In this document: in pieces, positions 27,765 to 37,586 of the stretch
Numbering within the stretch: position 1 is the first letter of the stretch
Layout of the letters: the number at the start of each line of letters is the position of its first letter
Source of the DNA: Microgenomates group bacterium GW2011_GWC1_46_15
GTDB taxonomy: Bacteria > Patescibacteriota > Microgenomatia > UBA1400 > UBA12028
Direction: 5' to 3'
Length of the DNA: 64,000 bases
NCBI GenBank assembly: GCA_001002285.1
Contig: LCLX01000001.1
Location: 316,895 to 380,894 of the forward strand
Notes under the pieces: model-generated
Told to the model about the DNA's origin: nothing
The model's database searches: none
Seen by the model: the letters and a program-made list of their open reading frames with translations, nothing else
Position numbers and translations under genes: made by a program

Positions 27765-29462
27765 TTATCTCAATGATCCATATCGCCATACTTCATACGC
27801 AGTACGTTGGTGTTCATCTTGAACTGCTTCAAGAAACGACATATTTGAGTTCATGCGTTTATCATTCGACATCTCTTCTGGTTTGAAAATAAGAATAAGT
27901 GGTTGTAAAGCTGTCCGAGTTGCAAGATCATCCCATTGAATGGTTTCAAAATAAATGTTTCCTATGCGTTTAACGTGCTGGAAATGTTCTGCATCGGTTG
28001 GATACCGTTCAATATTTTTCCAGAGCTTTTGAGGAGCATACTTCGTTTCAAACAGATACCATATATATGGAGAAGATGACGGTGACTGCGTAATCACTTT
28101 AACGTTGCCATTATTATAGTATTCATACTTTGCCAATGCCTTGCCCAACATATGGTCTTTTTCGTGAGTTACAGCGATATTTGGAATAATTGCCAAGTAT
28201 GAAACCATATACCGCGTTATGAAAAAAAGACCAGCGATGATAAAAATAACCGTGCACATTAACCGAATAATTGGTTTTTTGATTGTTGAAAACATCCACG
28301 CAATACCGAAAGCACTGAATATTTCCAGGAGTGGAAAAATTGGCGAAAGGCGCACTGTATGCTGAGGCTGGATGGTAAACGCGGGAACGGCAATTCCAAG
28401 AAAAAACCAGAGTAAATATCGTTTGGCGAGTGGATGTTTCCGTTGTTCCCAGAGCGCAAGAAATCCAAGAAGCATAAATGGCGCGGTAAATAAATGGAAA
28501 TTGGGAGTGTTTCCCGGGTTGTGGTCGCCATGATCCGTTCCATTCACGAAAAGAAAATCTCCTGCAATCACGCGGACATAATTTTGTGCAAAGGCTATAA
28601 AAGCTTGAGATGGAGTGTTTGCGATAAATATATGTAGGAATGAAAGGTGTTTCGGGAGTGCCTGTCGGTAAACAAACACCTGCCTTCGTAAACTATCAAG
28701 ATGAAAAGGAGAGATTCCTTCACTTTTATTTATATTCCCACCCAACACGCCGCCAATAAATAGAAGAAGAACAGTTGTCCCACCAATAAGAAATGAAATA
28801 AGAAGCATTTTGCTAGGGAGTTTACTCAGCGCTTTTCTATCTAAAATTGCGAGTCCCAACACAAAAAGTGGAATCAAGATATGGTAGCTATGATAGGTGA
28901 GCAGAGTGAATGACCACAGCGCTGCGGTCACGATAAAAAACCTCAAGCGTTTTGGTTGAGCAAGAGCATGAATGTATGCTGCAAATCCCCATAAAAAGGC
29001 CGCCATTGCAAGATGTGCTTCGTATGCGGTGCGTGAAAAATGATTTCCCCATGGACTAATCGCCACCAATACCATCGCGATAATGGGAAAAAACTTTTTA
29101 ACACTACTGCGGAGGTTTAACCCTTCCGCAACTTGAAATGAAAGTGTTCCAACGGCAAACAGCACAAGCCAGCCTGCCAAAAGAGAGGGAAGGCGCACGG
29201 CAAAAGGAGTAACTCCAAACGTTTGAATAAATGGAATGAGGGTGTACACATATCCAGGAAGTTTTTGGTCGCCAAACGAAGTAATGCTTATGGGAAAGAG
29301 TTTGCCATACTCGTCACGACCGGTTTTCAAGATGCTAAACGCGTTGTATCCAAGTGCCGCTTCATCGCGGTTCAGTCCTGCAGGAATTTGAGAGAAAAAT
29401 GGCAGGCGCACAATACATGAAAGAATAAATGCGAGAATAAAACCCTTCAACACAACCTTCAT
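27765..29462 (-). CDS. GT-C glycosyltransferase (DE..GY..SFGD.K subfamily)
   Basis: LNRDEAALGYNAFSILKTGRDEYG, SFGDQKLPGYVY, VRLPS, SRTAYE; N-terminus very close to 46039. Confidence 0.85.
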   Translation of the reverse strand: MKVVLKGFILAFILSCIVRLPFFSQIPAGLNRDEAALGYNAFSILKTGRDEYGKLFPISITSFGDQKLPGYVYTLIPFIQTFGVTPFAVRLPSLLAGWLVLFAVGTLSFQVAEGLNLRSSVKKFFPIIAMVLVAISPWGNHFSRTAYEAHLAMAAFLWGFAAYIHALAQPKRLRFFIVTAALWSFTLLTYHSYHILIPLFVLGLAILDRKALSKLPSKMLLISFLIGGTTVLLLFIGGVLGGNINKSEGISPFHLDSLRRQVFVYRQALPKHLSFLHIFIANTPSQAFIAFAQNYVRVIAGDFLFVNGTDHGDHNPGNTPNFHLFTAPFMLLGFLALWEQRKHPLAKRYLLWFFLGIAVPAFTIQPQHTVRLSPIFPLLEIFSAFGIAWMFSTIKKPIIRLMCTVIFIIAGLFFITRYMVSYLAIIPNIAVTHEKDHMLGKALAKYEYYNNGNVKVITQSPSSSPYIWYLFETKYAPQKLWKNIERYPTDAEHFQHVKRIGNIYFETIQWDDLATRTALQPLILIFKPEEMSNDKRMNSNMSFLEAVQDEHQRTAYEVWRYGSLR

Positions 29463-29503
29463 ATCTTGTAGGATACCATGGAACTACACTATACTATAGA
29501 GGC

Positions 29504-30763
29504 ATGCGAGCACAAAAACGCCCGTACCATCTCTTGCGATGGCTGATTCTCTTCTCAGTGTTTTTCTTGACTCGCTTTTGGATTCTTCAACATCCTCCAG
29601 CTTTGTACTCTGATGTAAAACATGACTATGAACGGTACGCAAACATGTGGAGATATGGACTTACTCCATACCGCCAGCATCTCTATGAGTACCCTCCGGC
29701 AACAATTCCAATTCTCTCTGCGCCTTTAGTTGTTGACCAAATAGGCGTAGGGCATTATTACCTGAACTATCGTGTTGAAATTTTCTTGTTTGAAATAGTT
29801 TTGTTCAGCATCCTCGCATATACGGTGTTCCGTTTACCGATGAAAAAATCTATGCAGTGGGGAGCAATAATGTTTTATCTTATTGCCGGAGTGTTGGCAA
29901 AAGATTTTTGGTATGAAGGACTCGATCTTATGTTTTTTGGCATTTTCTCGATACTTTTTTGTCTGATTTTGCTTGTTAAACAGCCCTCACTCTTTTCAAG
30001 AATTGTAACGTGGTCGTTATATTGGTTGACCGTGAGTATAAAAATCATGACCGCACCACTCGCGGTGCCAATCGTACTGCTCGAAATGAAAAACTGGAAA
30101 AGGGAGTTCAAAGCGATTATTGCAGGATTTCTTATTATATGGGGCTTACCACTGGCACTGTATCGCTCATCACTTTCTGTTTTTATATTTTTTCACGCGG
30201 TGAGACAAATGAAGTATGCATCATTTGGTTCATATATTGTCGAAGTTATTAATGAGTTCACAAAATCTGAACATCGTTCTGTTTCACCCCCGGACTTTGA
30301 GTGGATCGGTCCAGTAGCACATCAAGTTACTGAAATATTTAAGGTTCTCTTTCCAGCAGCGATACTCGTGGTTATGTATATTGCCTGGAAAAGATATCGG
30401 CAGCATGTGAAAGAACTCGTGAACCCGTTCACTCAATATACCTATCTCATCGCAGTTTCTTTGGCATATGTATTCGCCATTTTCTTGACGGGAAAAACAT
30501 TTTCCAGTCCATTTCATATTTGGTACATTCCATTACTCACGCTTTTTCCGTACAAAAATTTAAAACAGCAATGGTTTGCCTATGTGTCGGCGCTTCTGAT
30601 GTTGGGCATGGATACATCTTCTTATCTCATCGCGCCCAAGCTCCATATTTGGGGGAGTCCTATCACACTTACGAATGTCCGCGACGCTTTCCGTTTTATT
30701 CCCATGTTCCTCCTGTTAAGTTTTTTCTTGAAAGAAGGTACAATGGGGCTCAAGAAATCATGA
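29504..30763 (+). CDS. GT-C glycosyltransferase, GT87-like
   Basis: SDV..DY, PY...YEYPP, SIKI, KTFSSPFHIW. Confidence 0.65.
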   Translation: MRAQKRPYHLLRWLILFSVFFLTRFWILQHPPALYSDVKHDYERYANMWRYGLTPYRQHLYEYPPATIPILSAPLVVDQIGVGHYYLNYRVEIFLFEIVLFSILAYTVFRLPMKKSMQWGAIMFYLIAGVLAKDFWYEGLDLMFFGIFSILFCLILLVKQPSLFSRIVTWSLYWLTVSIKIMTAPLAVPIVLLEMKNWKREFKAIIAGFLIIWGLPLALYRSSLSVFIFFHAVRQMKYASFGSYIVEVINEFTKSEHRSVSPPDFEWIGPVAHQVTEIFKVLFPAAILVVMYIAWKRYRQHVKELVNPFTQYTYLIAVSLAYVFAIFLTGKTFSSPFHIWYIPLLTLFPYKNLKQQWFAYVSALLMLGMDTSSYLIAPKLHIWGSPITLTNVRDAFRFIPMFLLLSFFLKEGTMGLKKS

Positions 30764-31650
30764 ACGCACATTCCATTTCTGTCATCATCCATACAAAAAA
30801 TGCTGAAAAAACGATTGAGAAAGCGATGAACTCGGTGCGGTCGTGGGTAAATGAAGTGCTGGTGATTGATATGAGCAGTACGGACGCGACGGTAAAGTTG
30901 GCGAAAAAACTTGGCGCTGGTGTGCACATCGTGGCCGATCAAGGATACGCTGATCCCGCGAGGAACGAAGCGCTCAAGTTGGCAAAGAGTGCGTGGACTC
31001 TTGTGCTTGACGCAGATGAAGAAATTCCCCCAACTCTTGCGGAGTATCTTCAACAGATAGCTCGAAATGGTGGTGCGGACGCGTACTTTTTGCCCCGCAA
31101 GAACATGATTTTTGGAAAATGGGCAAAAACAGGATGGTGGCCGGACTACATCATCCGCTTTTTCCGCTCTGGCGCAGTGCAATGGTCGCCAGGCGTTCAT
31201 GGTACACCGGTAACAAAAGGGAAAACGGCGTATGTTCCAGTTCAAGAAGAACTAGCCATTCTGCACCATAACTATGGTTCGGTTGAGCAGTTTGTTGACC
31301 GCATGAACGTATATACCTCGTTGCAGGCGAAAGAGCACGCGGAAGAAAAGCCACTCTTGCGTGCAGGAGCGGATGAGTTTTTCAGAAGGTTTTATAAAGA
31401 AAAAGGACACGAACAGGGTGTGTACGGTTTAGCATTATCATTTCTGCAAACCATGTACATGGTAACGTTAGAAATTAAGCGGTGGGAAAAAGCAGGAATA
31501 TTAGACGAGAAAAAATCAGAAGCACTCGAAAAAGAAATGCGGATGATTGGGAAACATTTGCGGTACTGGATTGCGGATATGCACGTACACACAAGCGGTT
31601 CTCTAGTAGGTAAAACATATTGGAGAGCACGAAGAAAGTTTTGTCTATGA
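30760..31650 (+). CDS. GT2 glycosyltransferase (WaaE/KdtX-like)
   Basis: VIDMSSTDAT, ARN, LDADE, WWPDY; ATGA overlap start at 30760. Confidence 0.88.
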   Translation: MNAHSISVIIHTKNAEKTIEKAMNSVRSWVNEVLVIDMSSTDATVKLAKKLGAGVHIVADQGYADPARNEALKLAKSAWTLVLDADEEIPPTLAEYLQQIARNGGADAYFLPRKNMIFGKWAKTGWWPDYIIRFFRSGAVQWSPGVHGTPVTKGKTAYVPVQEELAILHHNYGSVEQFVDRMNVYTSLQAKEHAEEKPLLRAGADEFFRRFYKEKGHEQGVYGLALSFLQTMYMVTLEIKRWEKAGILDEKKSEALEKEMRMIGKHLRYWIADMHVHTSGSLVGKTYWRARRKFCL

Positions 31651-32342
31651 ATCCTGTAAAAAATGTTAAACTTTCTGTCATTGTTCCCGCGTACAACGAG
31701 GAAAAAACAATCGCACAGATTTTAACAGTACTACTACATCAGAAAAATATCTATGAAATTCTTGTTGTGAACGATGCTTCTAAGGATAAAACAGAGCAGC
31801 GGGCAAAGTCCGTACACGACAAGCGCATTCGAGTATTTTCTCATAAAACAAACAAAGGAAAAGGTGGCGCAATTTTAACCGGTTTAGCCGAAGCAAAAGG
31901 AAACTACATTCTCATTCAAGATGCCGATATGGAGTACAACCCAAGAGAGATTGCAACGTTACTCGCTCCAATACAAGAGGGCAGGGCAGAAGTCGTGTAC
32001 GGGTCCCGCTTTTACGGCGCACACACGAATATGTTTTATTGGCATTACTTGGGAAATAAATTTCTCAACTTTGTCGTAAATATTCTGTACAACACGACGC
32101 TTTCAGACATGGAAACGTGCTATAAAGTGGTTCCAACACAAATGTTGCGAGAGCTTAACCTACAAGAAACGGATTTTCGTATTGAGCCGGAAATGACATG
32201 TAAAATGATCAAACGTGGTGTCCGTATCCTTGAAGTTCCTATTTCTTACATGGGCCGTACATACGAGGAAGGAAAGAAAATTACCTGGGTAGACGGAATT
32301 AAAGCGCTTCAAACAATTCTATACAACCGGGTTATGGGCTAA
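31647..32342 (+). CDS. GT2, polyprenol-phosphate sugar synthase-like
   Basis: VPAYNEE, NDASKD, NKGKG, QDADMEY, GSRF, DMETCYK, EPE, EGKKITWVDG. Confidence 0.9.
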   Translation: MNPVKNVKLSVIVPAYNEEKTIAQILTVLLHQKNIYEILVVNDASKDKTEQRAKSVHDKRIRVFSHKTNKGKGGAILTGLAEAKGNYILIQDADMEYNPREIATLLAPIQEGRAEVVYGSRFYGAHTNMFYWHYLGNKFLNFVVNILYNTTLSDMETCYKVVPTQMLRELNLQETDFRIEPEMTCKMIKRGVRILEVPISYMGRTYEEGKKITWVDGIKALQTILYNRVMG

Positions 32343-32348
32343 ACTACG

Positions 32349-32903
32349 ATGAAACGCCTTACATTTTTTGAGCCGATTTTTCAGGAGTTGCGGATACGAA
32401 AAATTTTGCCATATCTATCCAAAGGAGGAGTACTTGTTGATGTTGGGTGCGACCAACCGCAAGTATTGATTGATCGGGTATGCGAAGAAATGAAGGAATG
32501 TATTGGCCTTGATATCGTGGTTGATCCTCATACACATGGGAACGTGCGAATTCTCCGCCAAGACTTGCAGAAGAAAATTATTTTGCCATCCAATACGGCG
32601 AACGTTATCACACTTCTTGCCGTGCTCGAACACATGAAGCATCCTGCCGACATCATCCGTGAATGTTTTCGCGTATTGAAAAAGGGTGGTGTCTTACTCA
32701 TCACTGTGCCTTCCGCCCAAAGCAAACCCCTGCTCGAACTTTTTGCGATACTTGGTTTTGTGCGTAGAGAAATGATTGAACAGCATGAGAATTATTTCTC
32801 ACACGACAAACTTCATACAATATGTAAAGATGCTGGATTTAAAACGGTGCATGTTGAGTCATTTGAGCTAGGATGCAATACATTTATTCGAGCGGTGAAA
32901 TGA
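32349..32903 (+). CDS. Class I SAM-dependent methyltransferase
   Basis: LVDVGC, LAVLEH, RVLKKGGVLLITVP. Confidence 0.85.
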   Translation: MKRLTFFEPIFQELRIRKILPYLSKGGVLVDVGCDQPQVLIDRVCEEMKECIGLDIVVDPHTHGNVRILRQDLQKKIILPSNTANVITLLAVLEHMKHPADIIRECFRVLKKGGVLLITVPSAQSKPLLELFAILGFVRREMIEQHENYFSHDKLHTICKDAGFKTVHVESFELGCNTFIRAVK

Positions 32904-35158
32904 AAAAAACAGCATTCATTTTGTGTATTGTGCTTTTGATCGTATATTTCCCAGTGTTCTTTTCAGGAAAAACTTGGTATTTCGCAGATAACTACGCGCT
33001 TACAGTTCCACAAAAACTATATGCGGTGGACTCAATCAAACGCGGAGTACTTCCGTTTTGGAATCCTCTTGTTCTTTCAGGATTGCCATTTCTTGCGGAT
33101 ATCAATAACTCAATGGTGTATCCATGGACGGTTTCATTTTTCCTTTTTTCTCCCGCAGTTGCGCTGAATATCACGGTTCTTTCACACCTTTTCCTTACAG
33201 GCCTTGGAATGTATGCGTTGTGCCGAGTATTAAAACAGTCGCCGTGGCAAGCGAGAATTGGTGCAGTGGCGTGGATGCTTTCGGGGCATATGGTTGCGGT
33301 GTCGAATAATGTGGCCTTGCTCCAATCCACAGCTTGGCTACCGTGGATATTTGTGTTGGTGGTTTTGGCATTGCGTGACCGTTCAAAGAAAGCATTAGCG
33401 TTACTCCCACTTGTGTTTGTGTTGGAAATTTTAGGTGGGCATCCACAGCCGCCGCTCTATATAGGAATGGTATTGGCAGTGTATCTTTTATTCGCTCCGT
33501 ACTGGAAGGTGTGGAAACGCGTGGTTATGTTTGTTGTTCCGGCAGTTGTTACCCTTGCGATGACCGCATTTCTTGTATTTCCATTTCTTCAACTTTCTGC
33601 ACGCTCGACACGTGTACACATGACGCTTAATGAGGTAATCAATGGTTCGCTTCATCCAGCACTCCTTGTTCATTGGTTTTTCCCAAATATTTTTGATAAC
33701 GCTGATCTGCGTATGGTATGGGGACCGGAATGGGGAAAACTTAAACAGACGGATGGATACATCACGCTTATTGGTATTATTGCAGTATTACTTTTTACTT
33801 GGAGGGGAAAGAAAACATACGAAGAAAAAGTACTTGTGTACTCTGCGTTGTTTTCGATATTTCTCGCTTTAGGAAAATATGTTCCCGGCATGGAAGCACT
33901 ATATGAGCGAGTTGCTATCCTTCGGCTTGTCCGGAATCCATCGGCAATGATTATCGTGTGGAGTTTTGCAGGAGCTGCGGTAGTTGGAAGATCATTTGAA
34001 TGGTTTTCCCAGCAGAAAAAACTTCTTCTTTGGCTTACTAGATGTATATTGATTTTACCTGTTGTATTGGGCTTACTTCTGGTTACGCGCGAGTGGTGGT
34101 TTGATGCTGGTTGGAACATGTTAAGCACAAGCGCGTTTCACACGTTACCTCGGGACTCTATCATTGTGCACGCGATTCTGCTTTCCATCTTTTTTACCTC
34201 ACTTTTTTTTGTTCTTGTTATGCGCGTGTTGGAAAAAAAGCGTGTGTATTGGCCGCTTGTTTTTGCACTGATTGCATTAGACATGTGGATTGCGATAAAA
34301 CCAACCATTTTTCTTGCCCCATCAAATGTGTATGACACGCGTTCAGAGCAGGCGAAGTTTCTTTCCGCGCAGCCTAAGGGATACCGGTACATCAGTGTAA
34401 ATGATTATCTCCCATACGCTGGACTTTTCTCATACTTTCACGATGTTGTAACAGCTCCACCGTTTACCACAGAAACACGTTTTACAGATATCGAAAAACA
34501 GAGTTTTGAAGAACTTCTTGGGCGTCAGCATAATCTTGTTGCTGATTGGGGAATGGCTCATAATCTTTCAACGATCTATGGATACGAAACGCTCGTGCCT
34601 GCCAATACGGCGGCATATTGGAAAGTGAATGCTGAAGGATCAGGTATTAACGAAGTTGATCGTATTCCTTTCACAGATTCTCGGATGAACGAGCAAGGTG
34701 TCCGGTATATTCTGTTAGATAAGCGTATCTATCCCGAAAACTATCTTTCTAAACAGTATCCTTGGCTAAAGATTGTGAAAAGTACGTCGGAGTTTGCTAT
34801 TTTAGAAAACTCACACGCGCTTCCCATTGTGCATCCCCGTACACCCAACAAAAACGTCCAAGTTTCTGCCATAGATGTGCGGCCAAATACTGTCGCCTTT
34901 GTTGTTTCGGCAAAAATCACGGCAGATCTTTTTATCGCTGAAACCTATTTTCCGGGATGGCGGTGCAGGATAAATGGAAAAGAATGTGTGTTAAAAGAAG
35001 TTAATGGTGGAATGAGTATGACCGCAGAACCAGGCGAATATACTGTTCTCCTCAACTTTGTTCCAGATAATTTCCCCCTGTATGCAAGAATTTCTCTCTT
35101 AGTGACGGCGGGGTACGCAGTATGGGTGTTTTTTGTTTTACGAAAAAAACTGTTATAA
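32900..35158 (+). CDS. YfhO-family GT-C membrane protein
   Basis: LPFWNPLVLSGLPFLAD, WLPW, GGHPQ, ETYFPGW. Confidence 0.85.
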   Translation: MKKTAFILCIVLLIVYFPVFFSGKTWYFADNYALTVPQKLYAVDSIKRGVLPFWNPLVLSGLPFLADINNSMVYPWTVSFFLFSPAVALNITVLSHLFLTGLGMYALCRVLKQSPWQARIGAVAWMLSGHMVAVSNNVALLQSTAWLPWIFVLVVLALRDRSKKALALLPLVFVLEILGGHPQPPLYIGMVLAVYLLFAPYWKVWKRVVMFVVPAVVTLAMTAFLVFPFLQLSARSTRVHMTLNEVINGSLHPALLVHWFFPNIFDNADLRMVWGPEWGKLKQTDGYITLIGIIAVLLFTWRGKKTYEEKVLVYSALFSIFLALGKYVPGMEALYERVAILRLVRNPSAMIIVWSFAGAAVVGRSFEWFSQQKKLLLWLTRCILILPVVLGLLLVTREWWFDAGWNMLSTSAFHTLPRDSIIVHAILLSIFFTSLFFVLVMRVLEKKRVYWPLVFALIALDMWIAIKPTIFLAPSNVYDTRSEQAKFLSAQPKGYRYISVNDYLPYAGLFSYFHDVVTAPPFTTETRFTDIEKQSFEELLGRQHNLVADWGMAHNLSTIYGYETLVPANTAAYWKVNAEGSGINEVDRIPFTDSRMNEQGVRYILLDKRIYPENYLSKQYPWLKIVKSTSEFAILENSHALPIVHPRTPNKNVQVSAIDVRPNTVAFVVSAKITADLFIAETYFPGWRCRINGKECVLKEVNGGMSMTAEPGEYTVLLNFVPDNFPLYARISLLVTAGYAVWVFFVLRKKLL
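35111..35158 (+). repeat. Copy 1 of the duplicated yfhO 3' end
   Basis: Encodes GYAVWVFFVLRKKLL*; a diverged copy sits at 36114-36158. Confidence 0.8.
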
Positions 35159-36088
35159 AGTACTGAATTTATTTGTATACTCAATCACTTTATCGATAAT
35201 TCCCCGCTCATCTCCTTTGTGTCCTGCATCCTGCACAAAAACGAGTTCTGATTGTGGTAATTTTTTGTGTAACTCCCATGCTGTTAACGGTGGACAACAC
35301 ACGTCATATCGTCCCTGAATAATTGCCGTTGGAATGTTTTGCAAAACTGTAGCCTTATCTAACAATTGACCTTCTTTAAGAAATCCATTGTTTTGAACAT
35401 AATGAAACATAATCTGTGCAGAATATATTTCGGATTCTGAGATGGGGGTTATCCGATCAACAACGGGAAAAAGTTTCATGAGATGAGCACTCCATATGGT
35501 ATATACCTTTACCGCCTTAGTAATTGCTGTTTTGTTTCCCGAGAGCAGAATCTTTTTCATTTTCTCCCCAAAGTTGTCTCCTTCAGAAAAATTTAAAACC
35601 TTACATACTTCATCCCAGACATCAGGATAAAAAAGTCGAGCATTCTTATATACCCAATCTATTTCCCATTTTCGAAAAGTAAAAACACCACGAACAATAA
35701 GTGCTTTTACATGCTGGGAATATTTTTCTGCATATGCCAAAGCAAGGGCGCTTCCCCAACTTCCACCATGAACAATCCAAGTATCAATACTAAGACGTCT
35801 GCGAATTTTCTCAATGTCTTCAACGAGCTGATCTGTTGTGTTCTCCCGCAATTCTCCAGCTGGGGTACTTTTTCCACACCCCCGTTGATCAAATAGAATA
35901 ATGTGATATTTTTTTGGATCAAACAAACAACGATGATCGGGTTTGGAATGGCTGCCTGGTCCGCCATGAAGAGCAATAATAGGTTTACCCTGGGGGTTTC
36001 CTGATTGTTCAAGATATAATGTGTGGATATTTGAAACAGGAAATTGTTCAATTTTGTATGGTTCAAAAGGGGGGAATAACGTATTCAT
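35153..36088 (-). CDS. pip: Proline iminopeptidase
   Basis: LHGGPG, FDQRGCGKS, GGSWGS nucleophile, QGRYDVCCP, DAGH. Confidence 0.95.
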   Translation of the reverse strand: MNTLFPPFEPYKIEQFPVSNIHTLYLEQSGNPQGKPIIALHGGPGSHSKPDHRCLFDPKKYHIILFDQRGCGKSTPAGELRENTTDQLVEDIEKIRRRLSIDTWIVHGGSWGSALALAYAEKYSQHVKALIVRGVFTFRKWEIDWVYKNARLFYPDVWDEVCKVLNFSEGDNFGEKMKKILLSGNKTAITKAVKVYTIWSAHLMKLFPVVDRITPISESEIYSAQIMFHYVQNNGFLKEGQLLDKATVLQNIPTAIIQGRYDVCCPPLTAWELHKKLPQSELVFVQDAGHKGDERGIIDKVIEYTNKFSTL

Positions 36089-36113
36089 GTAAGAAAATTA
36101 TACTCCATCTCTG

Positions 36114-36158
36114 GGGTATGCAGTGTGGGTGTATCGGGCTTTACACAAAACAGTGTAA
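36114..36158 (+). repeat. Orphan diverged yfhO 3'-end remnant
   Basis: GGG TAT GCA GTG TGG GTG ... TAA encodes GYAVWVYRALHKTV*; the first six codons match the yfhO end with only synonymous changes. Confidence 0.78.
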
Positions 36159-36205
36159 GATGAGTAGTTGGATGTGGAAGCCTAATTAGGTCCTTTTCAG
36201 TTTAA

Positions 36206-37009
36206 CTATGAGTGAATTATTTCTTGTAACTTTTTATGAATACTGGGAGCTCCAGCGCAAATTGTAAAATTCTCTTGAAATCTTTGTAGTGGATTGGAAT
36301 AATCAATGGGTTTACCCCAAAAATCTGTTACTATTCCACCAGCTTCCTCAATAATGGATTGAATTGCAATATTATCCCAAATTTTTGTTGTTTGATTGAG
36401 AAATACGCCATATTTTCCGTCAGCCACATGCGCCATATCATAAGCACTGTTTGTTGTGCGCAAATTGCGAATGTTCAAGATAATTTTTCCAAGTACTTGT
36501 GTTTCTTCGATTGTCTTTTGTGGATTTTCCTGATGTCCATCGATTCCGTAAGCAACAAGTACGGCAAGCGGATCAGTTTTTTCGGTAACATGAATGAGAA
36601 CGCCATTGCATGTGGTACCACTTCCTTTTTCTGCCATAAATAATTGATTGAAAGCGGGAAGAACAACTCCTCCTGCTATCGGAGTCGCATTGTCGAGTAA
36701 ACCGACCATGATGCCATATGTTGGAAGTCCTGCGGCAAAATTACTTGTTCCATCGATGGGATCTACCACCCAAGTGAAACGACTTTTGTGATCAATGACA
36801 CCAACTTCTTCATCAATAATATTATAATCGGGAAAAACTTTTTGAATTTGCTGAATAATATATTTGCCGATAGCAAGGTCTGTCTCAGTCAAAACTTGAT
36901 TATTATCTCCTTGTTTTGTTGTCTCGGCGATTTTCCCAAAGTTATCATTGGCAATTCGGGAAGCCTCCGCGAGAGTTTGAGAAATAAAATCAAGATATTG
37001 TGTAGACAT
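36206..37009 (-). CDS. Inositol monophosphatase family protein (SuhB-like)
   Basis: TETD, IDEE, WVVDPIDGTSNF, WDNIA..IIEEAGG. Confidence 0.92.
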   Translation of the reverse strand: MSTQYLDFISQTLAEASRIANDNFGKIAETTKQGDNNQVLTETDLAIGKYIIQQIQKVFPDYNIIDEEVGVIDHKSRFTWVVDPIDGTSNFAAGLPTYGIMVGLLDNATPIAGGVVLPAFNQLFMAEKGSGTTCNGVLIHVTEKTDPLAVLVAYGIDGHQENPQKTIEETQVLGKIILNIRNLRTTNSAYDMAHVADGKYGVFLNQTTKIWDNIAIQSIIEEAGGIVTDFWGKPIDYSNPLQRFQENFTICAGAPSIHKKLQEIIHS

Positions 37010-37167
37010 AAATAGAGTATATCACTGTACTTCTACATTTAGGAAAATTTAGAACGATTTGAATTTCCAGAGGAAAACAGTATAGATAGTAACTAGGTGT
37101 AGAGTGTGGAACATGGATAGTGTTTTTCAAAAAAAATTGCTGTATAATCTTCCGAAAAGGAGACTTT

Positions 37168-37539
37168 ATGCCATCAGAATTACAACCCAAACTTACAGTT
37201 GAATCTATCTATACTATTCGCAACATCTTGATAGATAATGGAGCAGATAGAGTAGAGGTTCCTATAGCGACGATTTACAGAGAACTTTCTGCTATTACTT
37301 CTGAAATGACAGCATTGCGAATGCTTCAAGAAGTGGCAGCTTTTGCGAAGGAAGTTGAAAGAGAAAAAGCACAAGGAGTCGCTCTTGGTTCGTCGGATTT
37401 ACGAATTGCGATAGATTCTATTTTTTACGAGCAAGGAAAAAGTGATCCTACACAATATGGACTTAAGACACAAATTGAGTTAAGGGCATGCGCAAAACTG
37501 ATTTCAATGCTCACTACGCATCCAAAAATCACTGAATAA
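37168..37539 (+). CDS. Hypothetical protein
   Basis: 123-aa ORF with SD AAGGAG and an upstream TATAAT; AT-rich; no motif. Confidence 0.65.
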   Translation: MPSELQPKLTVESIYTIRNILIDNGADRVEVPIATIYRELSAITSEMTALRMLQEVAAFAKEVEREKAQGVALGSSDLRIAIDSIFYEQGKSDPTQYGLKTQIELRACAKLISMLTTHPKITE

Positions 37540-37586
37540 AATTCTTCAAGTTTCCCTTTCCCCCTCTTGATTGATACAATAGGAGC

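Noticed and set aside
30520-30759. Long N-terminal extensions in the ORF track (also 3630, 25994, 59673, 60846)
   Set aside because: They overlap upstream genes, leaders or promoters; downstream ATGs fit -10/SD signals and domain starts
36181-36190. Palindrome CCTAATTAGG
   Set aside because: A single 10-bp palindrome is expected by chance in 64 kb and has no second copy
37100-37148. Possible third copy of the yfhO 3' end (TGG ATA GTG TTT TTC AAAAAAAA TTG CTG TATAA)
   Set aside because: It needs a frameshift and gaps, is low complexity, and is equally explained as the TATAAT promoter of 37168
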